From NCBI GenBank assembly GCA_043228905.1, contig JBHGNT010000014.1, positions 806,001 through 870,000 of the forward strand: a stretch of DNA of 64,000 nt. Direction: 5' to 3'. This stretch comes from Azolla caroliniana (taxonomy: Eukaryota; Plantae; Polypodiophyta). The notes under the pieces are model-generated. The model saw nothing but the letters and a program-made list of their open reading frames with translations, searched no databases and was not told the origin of the DNA. Shown one piece after another: positions 37,535 through 49,623 of the stretch (position 1 is the first letter of the stretch; each line of letters opens with the position of its first letter). A program made the translations under genes and the position numbers.

Positions 37535-40500
37535 TGTCGTAGTGTATTTCGTACACTACGTGAAAAACATGTATACTATTCGATTCAATAAATATGAAGA
37601 AATAGAAGAAAATGTTAAAATACGTGATACATGAATAGGGCAAGATTTGAACCTTGTACCTCCATGTATGTAAAGTAATGCCTTACCATTACACTAGCAT
37701 ATTATTAGTATTAAAAATAAATGTCCACATAGAAAGGTAAGTGCACACTAGGATAAACTTTAGTTAAAAACGCATGATAAAAGAAAAAGCTACACATGCA
37801 CATCTAGAGTGCATGAACACTATAGTCGATAAAAAAACGCATGAGGTTAGAAAAAGCATGAGCACTATATTTAGGAAATAAAAAGCATGGTTGAGAAAGG
37901 CAACTCATGCACATCTAGTGTGCATGAACACTTTAGGAAAAAGCATGATGTTATGCTTAGCCTCTTCCATCACTATATAAGGAAGAGAGAAAGATGTATA
38001 TGAGGGTTGATTTTTATAAGGGTTGATTAATATAAAATATTCGTGGGATTCACGAGTTTCATATCTTTCTTCTTGCAATCTATTTGTAACTAATCTTACC
38101 TCATATTCTTCCTTCTCCTAGTCCAAAACCTCAACAGTTCCCACACGACTCACGCAACGATTCAGAGCCGAAAGGCACGACACAAGTGGTGAACCCGACG
38201 TGAAACCCGGGTGGCAAGGAGATAGAAAATCAACCGGAAACTAACAACATGATGACGATGTTCGAGCGGATGCTACAAGAACAACGCGCGATGTCGGAGA
38301 TTACGGCGGCAGTAGAGCGGCTCCTACAACGGAATGGGCAATTCAACGGGAAGGATGTGTCGCGATATTTGCAGGATCACAAGGCGGAAATGCTACGGTG
38401 CGGAATATCGGAAGGATTGCACGTGACATCCTTCAATCGGGTGGCTATGGACGGGCTTCAAGGGAGTATCCAAGGGATACGACAACAAAATCCAACGTGG
38501 GAAGCATTTGAAGAAGTGCTAAAGACCACATTCTCCATCGAGGACTCCTCCAAGGCAACGCGGAGGGGATTCGAAGATTGGGTGGAAACGCCAGACAAGG
38601 GGCTGAAGGTCCTCGATGTGTTTTCAACATTTGAAAGTTGGTTCGAGAGGTTGTCCGCAAGAGATTAAGCTATCCTCACACCAGACAAAGTGATCATGTT
38701 CTTATGAGCCGTGTATGTCCGGGACCGGAAAGATCTTGGAATGCTTCTAGAGGACACCACTATTGAGAGTGGCCTCACCAATACATGGGAAAACGTGCGG
38801 GCTATCATCGTGCGATACACAAAGAGGGGGCAATGTCTTGGTAGTGAAGTAAAGAGGGTTTTGGAACCAATTCCGAAACCAAGATCTGGATTGGAAGACC
38901 ATCAACTGTGGGCTCGAGAGACTATGACCGAGAAGGGAATCGATGCAACCACGGTGGAGCAGTTGCTGACGGAGATGGAGAATCTGAAAATCGCGATGGT
39001 GAAGAAGTCGGATGACCGTCCCACAAGTTCCAAGTATATGGATTGTCGATGCATATGGTGTGATAGCACCGAACATGATCGGAGGGATTGCGAGGAGCAC
39101 AAGGAGGCGCTACGATGGGACTGACAGGAACTGCACGCTCCCTATGCGCAACGCTCGGCCACAACCGAGCTTAGAAACATACACAGAAAAACGGGGAATG
39201 GATGCACGACACAAAAGGAGAGAAGAGTACACAGGATGTTTAACATGGAAAACCCTGAGAGGGAAAAACCACGGGAGTCCACAGACTCCAAACTATCACT
39301 ATATCACAAGGATTACAACAGTGAGCTCACGGAGGCAACGACCTCGTGCTCACGATCTTCGCCACAGGCGGCGGTTACAACAGAGGCAGCGACCTCTTCC
39401 TCTCTCTCTCTCTGTACATTGTTACACGCTCTCAAGTCTTGCACCAACAAGAATGACAACAACAATAAAAAAAAGTTTGCCCTAAGTCATATTTATACAA
39501 ATATGACTTTTCAGCTATTTACACATATAGCCCCGATGGACTCTTAGAAACATATTTACGAATATGTCCCTTCATCCAGTGAGCACTCCTCACCGGGCCT
39601 GCATCATCCGGCGCTTGACGGGTACTCGTCATCCGGTTCTCACCGGATCTTCCGTTGCCGGGTACTCTTCATCCGGTTCTCACTGGGTCTTCCGTAGCCG
39701 GGTACTCTTCATCCGGTTCTCACCGGGTCTGCACCATCCGGCTCATGCCGGGTACTCCACATCCAGTTTCGGCCTCGGCCTATCGGCCACGGCCGAGTTT
39801 GCTCATCAGTACTGCTCTTCTCACTTCCCATCCGGAGGGACCTATTTCCTAACAGGGACCTTATCTACTACGAGGGAAATCGGATTCAATCGATGGACTC
39901 TTGGAAGCCACTCTGACCGAACTTTCAAAAAGGTGGCATGAAGAAGGTCCTAGAGGAGGAAATAGTGGCGAAAAGCAACTATGCGACAACCGCGGGGATA
40001 TGTGTGGGTGAGTCATTTGGAGCAAAGGCGTCTTTTTGGCCGGAAGTGCTAGAAAACCCCGAGAAAACTAACTCTAACGAGATCCGAAGCACTTCGGAAG
40101 GCATCCGAGAAGCTACGGGATGGGAGTGCCCCATTGATAAGAATAGTGTGTACACCCTATGCCAATTACATGAGGTGTACGTAGATGAGAAACGACGGCG
40201 CACGGATGATGTGGCCGGACCATCAAAGACGCCAGAGAGTTGGAACTCCGAAGGGAAGGGGAAAGGAAAAAAAACTCCGGCATTCAAACTCGCTTCGGAC
40301 ATTGAGCAACGAATGGACTTAAAAAAGGTGTTCAAGGAGAGAATCCTCGATAGCCGGGTAGATTTTTCGCTTCGGGAATTGCTCGGAATAGCGAAGAAAC
40401 AGTTCCAGGATCTTCTTGTGGATCTCGTGAAGAGAAAAAGACAAAATACGGAGGAAAATGCTCCAAGGGTGAATGCAAATACCGTTCTAATGATTGACAC

Positions 40501-43500
40501 CGAAGTGGAGGATGAAATTCCGAACTCCCACTACACAAGGCCACACTGGGCACGCGCAACTATGGAGACACCGGTGCGAATCGGAAACATCAAGGAGCCC
40601 GTACTAGCATTGATTGATCACGGATCAGAGATCAATTTGATGTCCAAGGAAATCTACCGAAAGGGGAAGTGGCTAATTAACACTAATCATGGATGGAAGA
40701 TCCGAGCAGCCACTAAAACAACGGAAGATTTATTTGCGGCTTGTCCGGATGTGACAGTGAAGATCGGAGATGTGGAGATTGACCAAAATTTCTTCGTGCA
40801 AGATGAGGTCTCACACTCAGTGATCCTCGGACAACCCTTTATCACAGCTTCACGAATGGAGACAAAGGTGCTCGATAGCAAAGCGTCTTTTGCACGAATT
40901 CGGAGCCAAAGTGGAGGGAAAACCGTCCAATTCCTAACTTTACCATCAAATCACGAAAGGAACAAGAGAGAGCTCTTATCCCAAACAAAAATGGAATTTT
41001 AAAGCGGATTGTTGTAGAGTGGGGAAGTGATAGTCTGAGAAGCCCTGATACTCCACACAGGAAGAAACCTCTCGAAGCAAAACAAGTACAAATCGGTCTG
41101 GATGGGGCATCTACGTACACAGCCGTAACTGGAGTAATGAAGAAAGAATTCTGAAAGGCGCAAGATGAGTTACGGTCTGCATCAATAATAAAAGAAGACG
41201 AAGAAATCATGGGAGTAGTTGGAGAAGTGTTCTATGGGAGCATGCTACAACGGCTTGAAGAGCTTGCAGAAGAGAATAACCAGGGAGACCAGGTAGTTCC
41301 GGTGGAATCGGTCGAGATGTATGAGATCATTGCGAAAATGGGGTCGGATGCGCTCCGCAAAGAAGAAGAAATGGTATGTACGAAATATAAGACCGTGGTC
41401 GCGGGACCTCGGGAGATCCGACACTTCGGAAGTCCGTAGATATCAAACATGCCTTCACAAATGAGACCCAGAAGAAACTTCGGATCAGTGGAGGTGGTTT
41501 CCTCTCACAAAATGAAGAAGAACGGTTTCGTGAGATGTTGGAGTAGCATGGAAGAGCATTTGCATTCACATCGAAAGAGATAGGGTGTGTTGACCCGAAG
41601 ATAATGGAGCTTATGGTGATCATCACGATTGATCATGTGTCGTGGAACCTGAAGCCGATTCCGGTGCCATGAGTGCATATTCCGAAAATCATTGACTTGC
41701 TCAAGGAGAAGGTGGGGATCGGGATTTTAGAGGCATCCAATGCTCTGTACTCAAATCGATGGTTTACAGTTCCGAAGAAGAATGGGTCTCTCCGATTTAT
41801 TCAAGATTTGCAACCGGTGAACAAGGTCATGATCCGGAACTCTAGAGTCGGTTCGATAGTGGACGAATTTGCGGATGCGTTTTCCAGTCGCGCGATATAC
41901 TCCAGCGGAGACCTATGCTCTAGGTATGACCAATTCCAACTAGTCGTGGAGAGCCGAGACATCACTACCATTCGAACACCGATAGGATTAGTCCAGATGT
42001 GCACGCTACCACAAGGCGCAACGAACTCGGTCACACATATGATGAATGCGATGAACAAGGTGCTCCGAGACTGCATTCTGGAGATAACGATGCCATTCCT
42101 AGATGACATTCCGATAAAAGGATGTGCGGTGGAAGAAAAAGATGAGACTATGGATGATCGGGGATGCCGAAAGTTCGTAGTCGACCATATTCGCGATTGC
42201 AAGAAAGTGTTACGGAAGTTAGAAGATGTGCAGCTAACGCTCTCCGGAGAGAAATCGGCATTCGGACAAGAAGAGATATTGGTAGTCGGACAACTATGTG
42301 GGCCCTACGGCTGAAGACCATCGCCAGTCAAGATCAAAGCGATTCAAGCTATGAAAGAAATATGCGAGTCACAATCCGAAGCTCGTAGATTTCTTGGAGC
42401 ATGTGCATTCTATCACATATGGATTCCGCACTATGCACACATTGCAGACTCACTCTATCACTTGTTGCGGAAGGGGAAGAAGTTCGAATGGAAACCGGAA
42501 CATACCAAAGCCGTGAAGAAGCTCAAGAAATCACTACAGAGGGAAAAAGCACTTAAGAAGCCGAACTATGATCGACCGATTATAGTAACGGTTGATACAA
42601 GTCCAACCAGGATCGGATGGGTCATCAATCAAGCCAATTCGGATGGTTCACGATATCCGATCTGATCCAGAGCAAAGGTTCTCAACGAAAGGAAACGCGG
42701 ATATGCACAAGTTAAAAGAGAATTATAGGGAGTCGTGTCAACGATAAAATCAGTTCGAGATTACTTGATTGGAGCCGAAATAGTGATCGAAACATATTGT
42801 CTTCCGATACTCGGGATGATGTGGTGTTGCACGATACCGAATGTGGCTATGCTAAGATGGATTGCATATACAAAGTCACTTAATCCGGAGATACAACACA
42901 TCTCCGGAAAAGGAAACGTGGTAGCGGATATGCTATCAAGGGCACGGTTCGGAGACGACATAGCCGAATCCGATAATGAAGAAGTTTCCGAAAACTACTT
43001 TACTTTGGAGCACATATGCCGGGTGAACGTAATCCGAGAATTCTAGGAAGAAGAATACGAGGGAGAAAGTTTGTTGATCGGGAAAGTGCTACAAGAAATC
43101 GAGGAATCATCTAACAATAAAGAAAAGAGAGTCAAGATCCGAAGTAAGAAGCGGCAAATCCAAAAGTTTTTCTTGAACAATGGATTAATCTGGAGGGAGC
43201 CGAAAAGACCGAATGGTATACCACTACACGTAGTCGGAACAAAAGAGCAACGAAACTGGTTAATGTCCGAATTTCACGAATCTGATTGGGCTGGACATCG
43301 AGGAACATGGGCAACATTTGCGAAGATCAAACAAAAATATTGGTGGAAGAATATGTACAAAGATGTAGCAGAGTTCACGGAAAGCTGTGAGAAATGTTAA
43401 ATCTACTCCGGAGTTTGACACTGAGATGAATTACATCCGACATTCTCATCGACAATCAACTTCAAATGGATGGTCGACATTGTGGCCATGCCAACCGGGA

Positions 43501-45094
43501 TCTGACAAAAGAAGTACTTGGTGTTAGCTCGGGAAGATTTGACAAACCAAGTAGAAGGACGGGCACTACAGAGGAAAACATGTTCCGTAGTATGCCAATT
43601 TCTCTTGGAAGAAGTGTTCTGCAGGTATGGGTGCATAGGACAAGTGATTACGGATCGGGGAGAACTTGACTCTGATACAGCTAGGGAATTCTTTGCCAGA
43701 CATGGAGTACGGTTAACACTAACCACGGCATACAATCTGGAAGCCAACAGAAAGATCGAGCGAGGACATAATCCAATCGTTAAAGCACTTGCAAAAGCAT
43801 GCGACGGAAGGGTGAAGGATTGGTCGCAAATGCTTTTGTATGCACTATGGGTGGATCGCACGACGCATAGTTCCGTGACCGGTTATATGCCAGCTAAACT
43901 TATGACCGGACAAGCACCGGTAATGCTGACGGAAACCACAATTGCAACATGGACAGTGCTACCGTGGAAGGAAGAAATGAACCAGGAAGAACTACTAGCA
44001 TTCCCGATACAACAACTAGAGGGAAGACCAGAAGATATAGTGGAAGCAACACGCCGACAATAGGAAGCACGATTCCAGAACAGAAGTCGATTCGACACAA
44101 AGCATCGACTACGACCACGGAAGATTGAAGGAGATTGGGTGATTGTCTATGATAGTAGTTTGGATCATCAACATACAACGATACAAAAGTTCGCTAAAAG
44201 GTGGTTTGGCCCATGCGAGGTTCGGAAAGTTTTCGACAATGGAACTTATCGACTATGCGAGTTGGATGGAACAGTACTACGGGTGCCCATAGTGGGGAAA
44301 CAGGTGAAGATTTTCAAGAAGCGGACTAACGAAGAACCTTATGTAAGCTTAGACAAGACCGACAACGAGGAGCAATCGGGCAAAGATCGCGGTGATGCGG
44401 AAAATGAAGAAAGTGGACTACAATTGATAATCGACATAAGGGGAGAATCGGAGAGTGCTACGGATGAAGGCGAATAACAAGCATCGGGAACTTCGGCACA
44501 TACCGGAGGATGTGCGGGTTCGGAGGGGGTGAGTGTCATAGTGTATTTCGTACACTACGTGAAAAATGTATATAGTATTCGATTCAATAAATATGAATAA
44601 ATAGAAGAAAATGTTAAAATACGTGATACATGCATAGGGCAAGATTTGAACCTTGCATGCTAGGATAAACTTTAGTTTAAAACGCATGATAAAAGAAAAG
44701 GCTACACATGCACATCTAGAGTGCATGAACACTATAGTCAATAAAAAAATGCATGAGGTTAGAAAAAGCATGAGCACTATATTTAGGAAATAAAAAGCAT
44801 GGTTGAGAAAGGCAACTCATGCACATCTAGTGTGCATGAACACTTTAGGAAAAAGCATGATGCTATGCTTAGCCTCTTCCATCACTATATAAGGAAGAGA
44901 GAAAGATGTATATGGGGGTTGATTTTTATAAGGGTTGATTAATATAAAATATTCGTGGGATTCACGAGTTTCATATCTTTCTTCTTGCAATCTATTCGTA
45001 ACTAACCTTACCTCATATTCTTCCTTCTCCTAGTCCAAAACCTCAGCGGTTCCCACCCAACTCATGCAACGATCCAAAGCCAAAAGGCACGACA
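37535..45094 (+). mobile_element. Full-length (degenerate) non-chromovirus Ty3/gypsy: 5' LTR 37535-38182, tRNA-Trp PBS 38187-38203, gag-PR, RT-RH-INT, PPT 44522-44533, 3' LTR 44534-45094, 4-bp TSD ACGT/ACAT
   Basis: Highly similar LTRs TGTC...GACA; zinc knuckle CIWCDSTEHDRRDC; PR ALIDHGSEIN; RT LPQGATNS...FLDDIPIKG; RH VTVDTS...NVVADMLSR; INT H-H-C-C, VDIV, ITDRGE, IERGH; GPY/F-like RWFGP; no chromodomain visible. Confidence 0.95.
39122..39854 (-). mobile_element. Solo LTR (copia type) inserted in the Gypsy gag, 5-bp TSD GGGAC
   Basis: TGACAGGA...TCCTAACA flanked by GGGAC on both sides. Its reverse complement shares GGGTTTTCCATGT.AAACATC.TGTGTACTCT and TATAGTGATAGTTTGGAG with the LTR at 19130-19756. 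It contains ~40-bp tandem repeats at 39600-39760. Confidence 0.9.
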
Positions 45095-45773
45095 ACATAT
45101 CATAAAACTCGCTTAGCACAATCCAAATGGATATCTCGTGGAGTTTGCATGAATTGGCTAAGGAGGCCAACCAGATAGCTCAGCTCGAGTGGAATGATCA
45201 TGAGGTAGATGAGACTCTCGATCAATTGTCGATGTTGAGTTGGTTCGCACTCTTCCGTGCCGGAGTTGGTCGTTAGCTTTAGGTTCCGATCGAGAGGGGT
45301 TGCCGCAGACTTACACTCAGTCATCTCGAACTTGTATAACAAGTTAAGGATGTAGTGTTGTTGAGAGATCATAATGTCGGCTAGAGCCCGAATTACTTTG
45401 ATGCCAAGGAAGTAATGGAGCTCCTTCAGGTCCATTATCTCGAATTTGTTGGAGAGTAAGGTCTTAACCTTGTTGATGTCAACTAGATGTTCTCCGCCAA
45501 TAACCAGAGCATCCACATATCGGATGATGACAATCGGGCTTTCAGAGTCATTTCGTACGTAGAGGGAGTTGTTGTATTTCGACATTCGAAAGTCGATTCG
45601 ATGAAGATATTGTGTTATCTTCGAGTGCCAAGCACGTGGTGCTTGTTTAAGGCCGTAAAGTGGCTTCTTCAGTCGGCAAACTACTTTCGGATGGATGCTC
45701 GATTTGAAGTAGGGTGGTTGTACCATGTACACCTCCTCTTCTAATTCACCTTGAAGAAAGGCGTTCTTTACGT

Positions 45774-46372
45774 TGTCGTGACGATTTTCGGCTACGGTGT
45801 GAAACCGAGTGAGACAAATAAACGAAGGATGTGCAACATTGCACATACACTTAGAAAATAAGCCTCCTAAGGCCTAGTTGCACTTGAGTTCATACAGAGG
45901 GGTGCAAGCAAGGTTTGAACCTTGCACCTCTAAGATACAAGATAATTGCCTTACCACACCTTTTCATATACAAATTATAGACGAAACAACCATAGAAAAC
46001 CATGTGCACAAAACCATGGTTTGTGCATGACATAAGCAAAACCGTGTGCACAAAACCATGGTTTTGGCCCATGGTTATGTGCATGTCACGAGCATGGAAA
46101 GACCTATAAAAGCCTCTAGTTGGGCTTGTGTAAGGGGGGCTCAATATGTGATATCACCAACACCATTATCATCAATATAATTATATTTGTCTTTATCTTC
46201 TTCATATTTTTCTACTTCTCAAGTGTACAATCTTTCTTCTTCTCAAGTAAACCAATTTCATCTAATCTTACATTGATCGTCATCTAGCGTCGATAATTCC
46301 GCGAACGTCCTCCCCAGTCCAAGACCCCGGTGGTCGCTCGAGTAGCACACGCACGCGTGAATCTTCGCGACA
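45774..46372 (+). mobile_element. Solo LTR (Gypsy-type termini) inserted in the copia RT, 4-bp TSD ACGT/ATGT
   Basis: TGTCGTG...CGCGACA with TATA-like CCTATAAAAG at ~46103. Its removal restores the host codons ATG GAC GTA AAG (MDVK). Confidence 0.88.
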
Positions 46373-48510
46373 ATGTCCATTTGATGGAGGTGCCACCCTT
46401 TTGCTACTGCAAGTGCAATTACGGTCCGCACAATTGTCATCTTTGCCACCAGGGCAAAGGTCTCTTCATAGTCGACTCCATGTGTTTATGCGTATCCTTT
46501 CGCTACGAGTCAAGCTTTGTAGCAATTTACGGAGCCGTCGACATTATCTTCACCTTGTAAATCCATCTGCATTTGATTGCCTTCTTGTGCGATGAGTGGG
46601 GAACGAGATCCCATGTCTCATTCTTCCATAGTGCCCCCATCTCCTCATTCATTGCTTCGACCCATCGTGGATCCTTGGCTGCTTCTGAAAAACTTTCCGG
46701 TTCTCGAACTATGGCCACTTGCATCATAAAGGCATAGTGGTATGCCATATAATCGTTGTAGCTAAATCCGCTAACAGGATTCTTCTCATGGGTGGAGCGA
46801 CGGAGTTTTTCGCTTGCCGTGGCAATGACGTTCTTTATGCCAGGTGTCCTCATGATAGGTACATCGAAGCCACCGAACTCACTGTCGAGGGAGTGAGTCG
46901 ATTCGTTGATGTTGAATTGATCGTCTTCATACTCCAGGATTTTCATCTTGCCTTTGTCCATCTTCGGACTAGGCTGAGATGTGCTTTGGTCACTCGGGGG
47001 TTCTTGTAGCCCACTAAGCCTTGTCGTAATCGGACTTTCTTCGAACATGTGTTCGAGTCGATCTCCATCTTCTATCTCTTGTTCTGTGGATTCCGAGTTG
47101 ACTAGAATTGATTCGGGAGGAGTCGACTCAGGTTCGTACCATGATGGCGATTCATCGAAGACTACATCTCGACTCACACAAACCTTCTAAGTCGAGGGGT
47201 TATAGCACTTGTACCCCTTTTGCTCCAATGAGTATCCTACGAGGATACATTTCTCTGACTTCGGGTCGAGCTTCTGTCGCTTCTCGTCGGGGATGTGCAC
47301 GTATGCAATGGAGCCAAATATCTGAACATGTGATAGATCGAGCTTCTTTCGGAAAAACTTCTCGTATGGGGTAACCTCATGCACTCCGGATGTCGTGCAC
47401 CAATTCATGAGGTAGACAGAATAACCATATTCTGCTTTGGCCCAATATGACTTTGGCATGTGCTTTTCGTTCATCATGGCCCGTGCTACTTCGAGGATGT
47501 GTCAATTTTTGCATTCAGTTACTCCGTTTTGTTGTGGTGTATGTGGACACGAAAACTCTCACCGAATTCCTTCTTTTCGGAGAAAAGCGGAAAACTCGTC
47601 GGAGAAGTACTCTTTTCCTCCATCCGACCGAAGACATCGTACATGTCGACCTGTTTCCTTTTCAACTCCACTCTTGAATTTTTGGAAGTGTCTGAACACT
47701 TCATTCTTTTGCCGCATGGGGTAGATCTAAGCGTGCTTGGAGAAGTCATAGATGAAGGCCACATAATATTGATATCCGCCGAATGTAGCCATCTGAGCCG
47801 GTCCCCATACATTGGAGTGAATTACATCCAATATGCCTTTACTCACGTTCCTCTCCTTCGACAACGGGTGCCGATGTTGCTTGCCGAATTGGCAGGCTGC
47901 ACATATGCCTTCAATCTCTTTCTCTTTGAAGGTCGGGAGTTCGATGACGACTCCTTTCGATTGCATTGCCTTGAGCTTTTGGAGTTTGATGTGGCCAATC
48001 CACTTGTGCCATAACTCTACGTCGGTGTCGGCTTTGGTGCCTTTTGCAAACATGGTTGATTTCATCTCGTGCAAGTCGAGAATGAACATTCGGCCCTCTC
48101 TTTGTCCACAAGCGATGTGTCGACCCTCTTTCTCGATGAAGCAACCGCCTTGATTAAATTGAACTTGCATCCCTTGCTCAACAATTTGGCCAATGGAGAC
48201 CAAATTCTTTGTAATGGTTGGTACATGTAAGACATTCTTAATGTAAGTTTGGTTACCTTCTTTTGCGAATGGAACGTTGTCGATGTGCCGAATCAAATGA
48301 GTAGTGTCGTCTCCTGTTTCGACATAACCGGATCAGTCCGGCTCTCGAAGTTCTCAGAACCATTCTTGATGAGATGTCATATGGTTCGAGGCATCGGAGT
48401 CGACGAACCATACGTTTTCCGAACTAGAGGCACTATTCGAAGTAGAAGCCAACATAGAATTACATGAATAATAATAAAGTTACTTGCTTGTGTCATCTCC
48501 AAGCAATCAT

Positions 48511-48654
48511 TCTAACAGAAAAAGATAGTGTTTGTACTAGTATGCTCGGCAAACAATATTCGATAAATTCTCTCACGTCAATCAATCTAATAGAAAAAGA
48601 TAGTGCTTGAACTATGCTCGGCAAACAATATTCGGGAATTTCTCTCACGTCAAT
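48511..48654. repeat. Tandem duplication of ~70-75 bp
   Basis: TCTAA.AGAAAAAGATAGTG...TATGCTCGGCAAACAATATTCG...TCTCTCACGTCAAT occurs twice. Confidence 0.85.
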
Positions 48655-49232
48655 ATCTCTCTAGAGATATGAGATAAGTTTCAAGAATTAGGGTACTATG
48701 GTAACACTCAAGTGTTTTAAAAACCACAGGGGTGACATAAATGTCTTGACTTGATCTATATTTTGAATGTTCATGATGGCTCTTGAGACTCAACCATGTT
48801 GTCTACCCGGAAGCATTGGCCATATGCAGGACAACATTAGAGTGTAATGTTATAGGTTATTTGTCACATACTAACAACACATCATGATGTATTCGGTCTC
48901 TCTTTAGATGTTGATGAACGAGATAAGTCAAATGCTTGTTCCTGTATTTGACCATGGTGTAAGACCATCTGATTGTAACCTAGAATTCCAACCAAGAACA
49001 TTGTAAAACATGTTCGACAAAAGTCAAGGATTACATCGCAATGGACATGTAAGATATACTAGCCAAATTTGAAAAGGGTGTCGCCATATGTAAGGCAGAC
49101 CAAGATATGTGTGTAACATAGTGTGTAGATTCTTCGTAACGAAAGAATTTTGTTTTCCCAAAGTTCGTGTTTGGGTCATGTGAATTGGACAATTACTTTG
49201 ATTCACGACCTTAGGTTGGCCATGTACAAAAT

Positions 49233-49623
49233 CATTGTTGTAGAATACTTAGCATAACAATATGCGTAGAATGTGTATGCTAAGCATTCTACAAGTATTC
49301 TAACTTTTACGTATTTTACAAATAAAAAACGTAAATATTTAGAATACGTGTAGAATACTTTAAATACGTAGAATACGTGTAAAATATGTTAAATGCTTCT
49401 TAAATTTTAAAGATTTTTTTTCAAAAAAAATATTTTGAATTTTGAATTTTTTTTAAACATTTTTGAAATGTTAAATATGTAGAATATGTCAAATTTTTAG
49501 AGTATGTAGAATACGTGGAATTTTTTAAAATGGTAGTTCTAAAACGTAGAATACATGTAAAATACGTCAAAGTATTCTAAAACATATTCTAAATATAGAG
49601 TGCACGTGTTTTTAACAACTATG
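49233..49623. mobile_element. hAT-like MITE / non-autonomous DNA transposon (~390 bp)
   Basis: Imperfect TIRs CATTGTTGT.../...ACAACTATG; 8-bp flanks TACAAAAT / TGCAAAAT (7/8 match); internal subterminal TAGAATACGT repeats in both orientations. Confidence 0.6.

Larger units (their letters stand above)
36650..48465 (-). mobile_element. Degenerate Ty1/copia (PR-INT-RT-RH, PPT and 3' LTR ~36650-36945), interrupted by two Gypsy-type insertions
   Basis: Minus-strand ORFs 47727-48296 (INT), 46527-47477, 45100-45846 (RT) and 36995-37513 (RH) rejoin as ...HQMD|VKNAF... and ...RVLxY|VSGTM... once the inserts are removed. It is related to the 28866-33887 element. Confidence 0.92.

Noticed and set aside
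37632-37700. Bona fide tRNA gene
   Set aside because: No convincing acceptor or anticodon stem; reported only as a tRNA-like motif.
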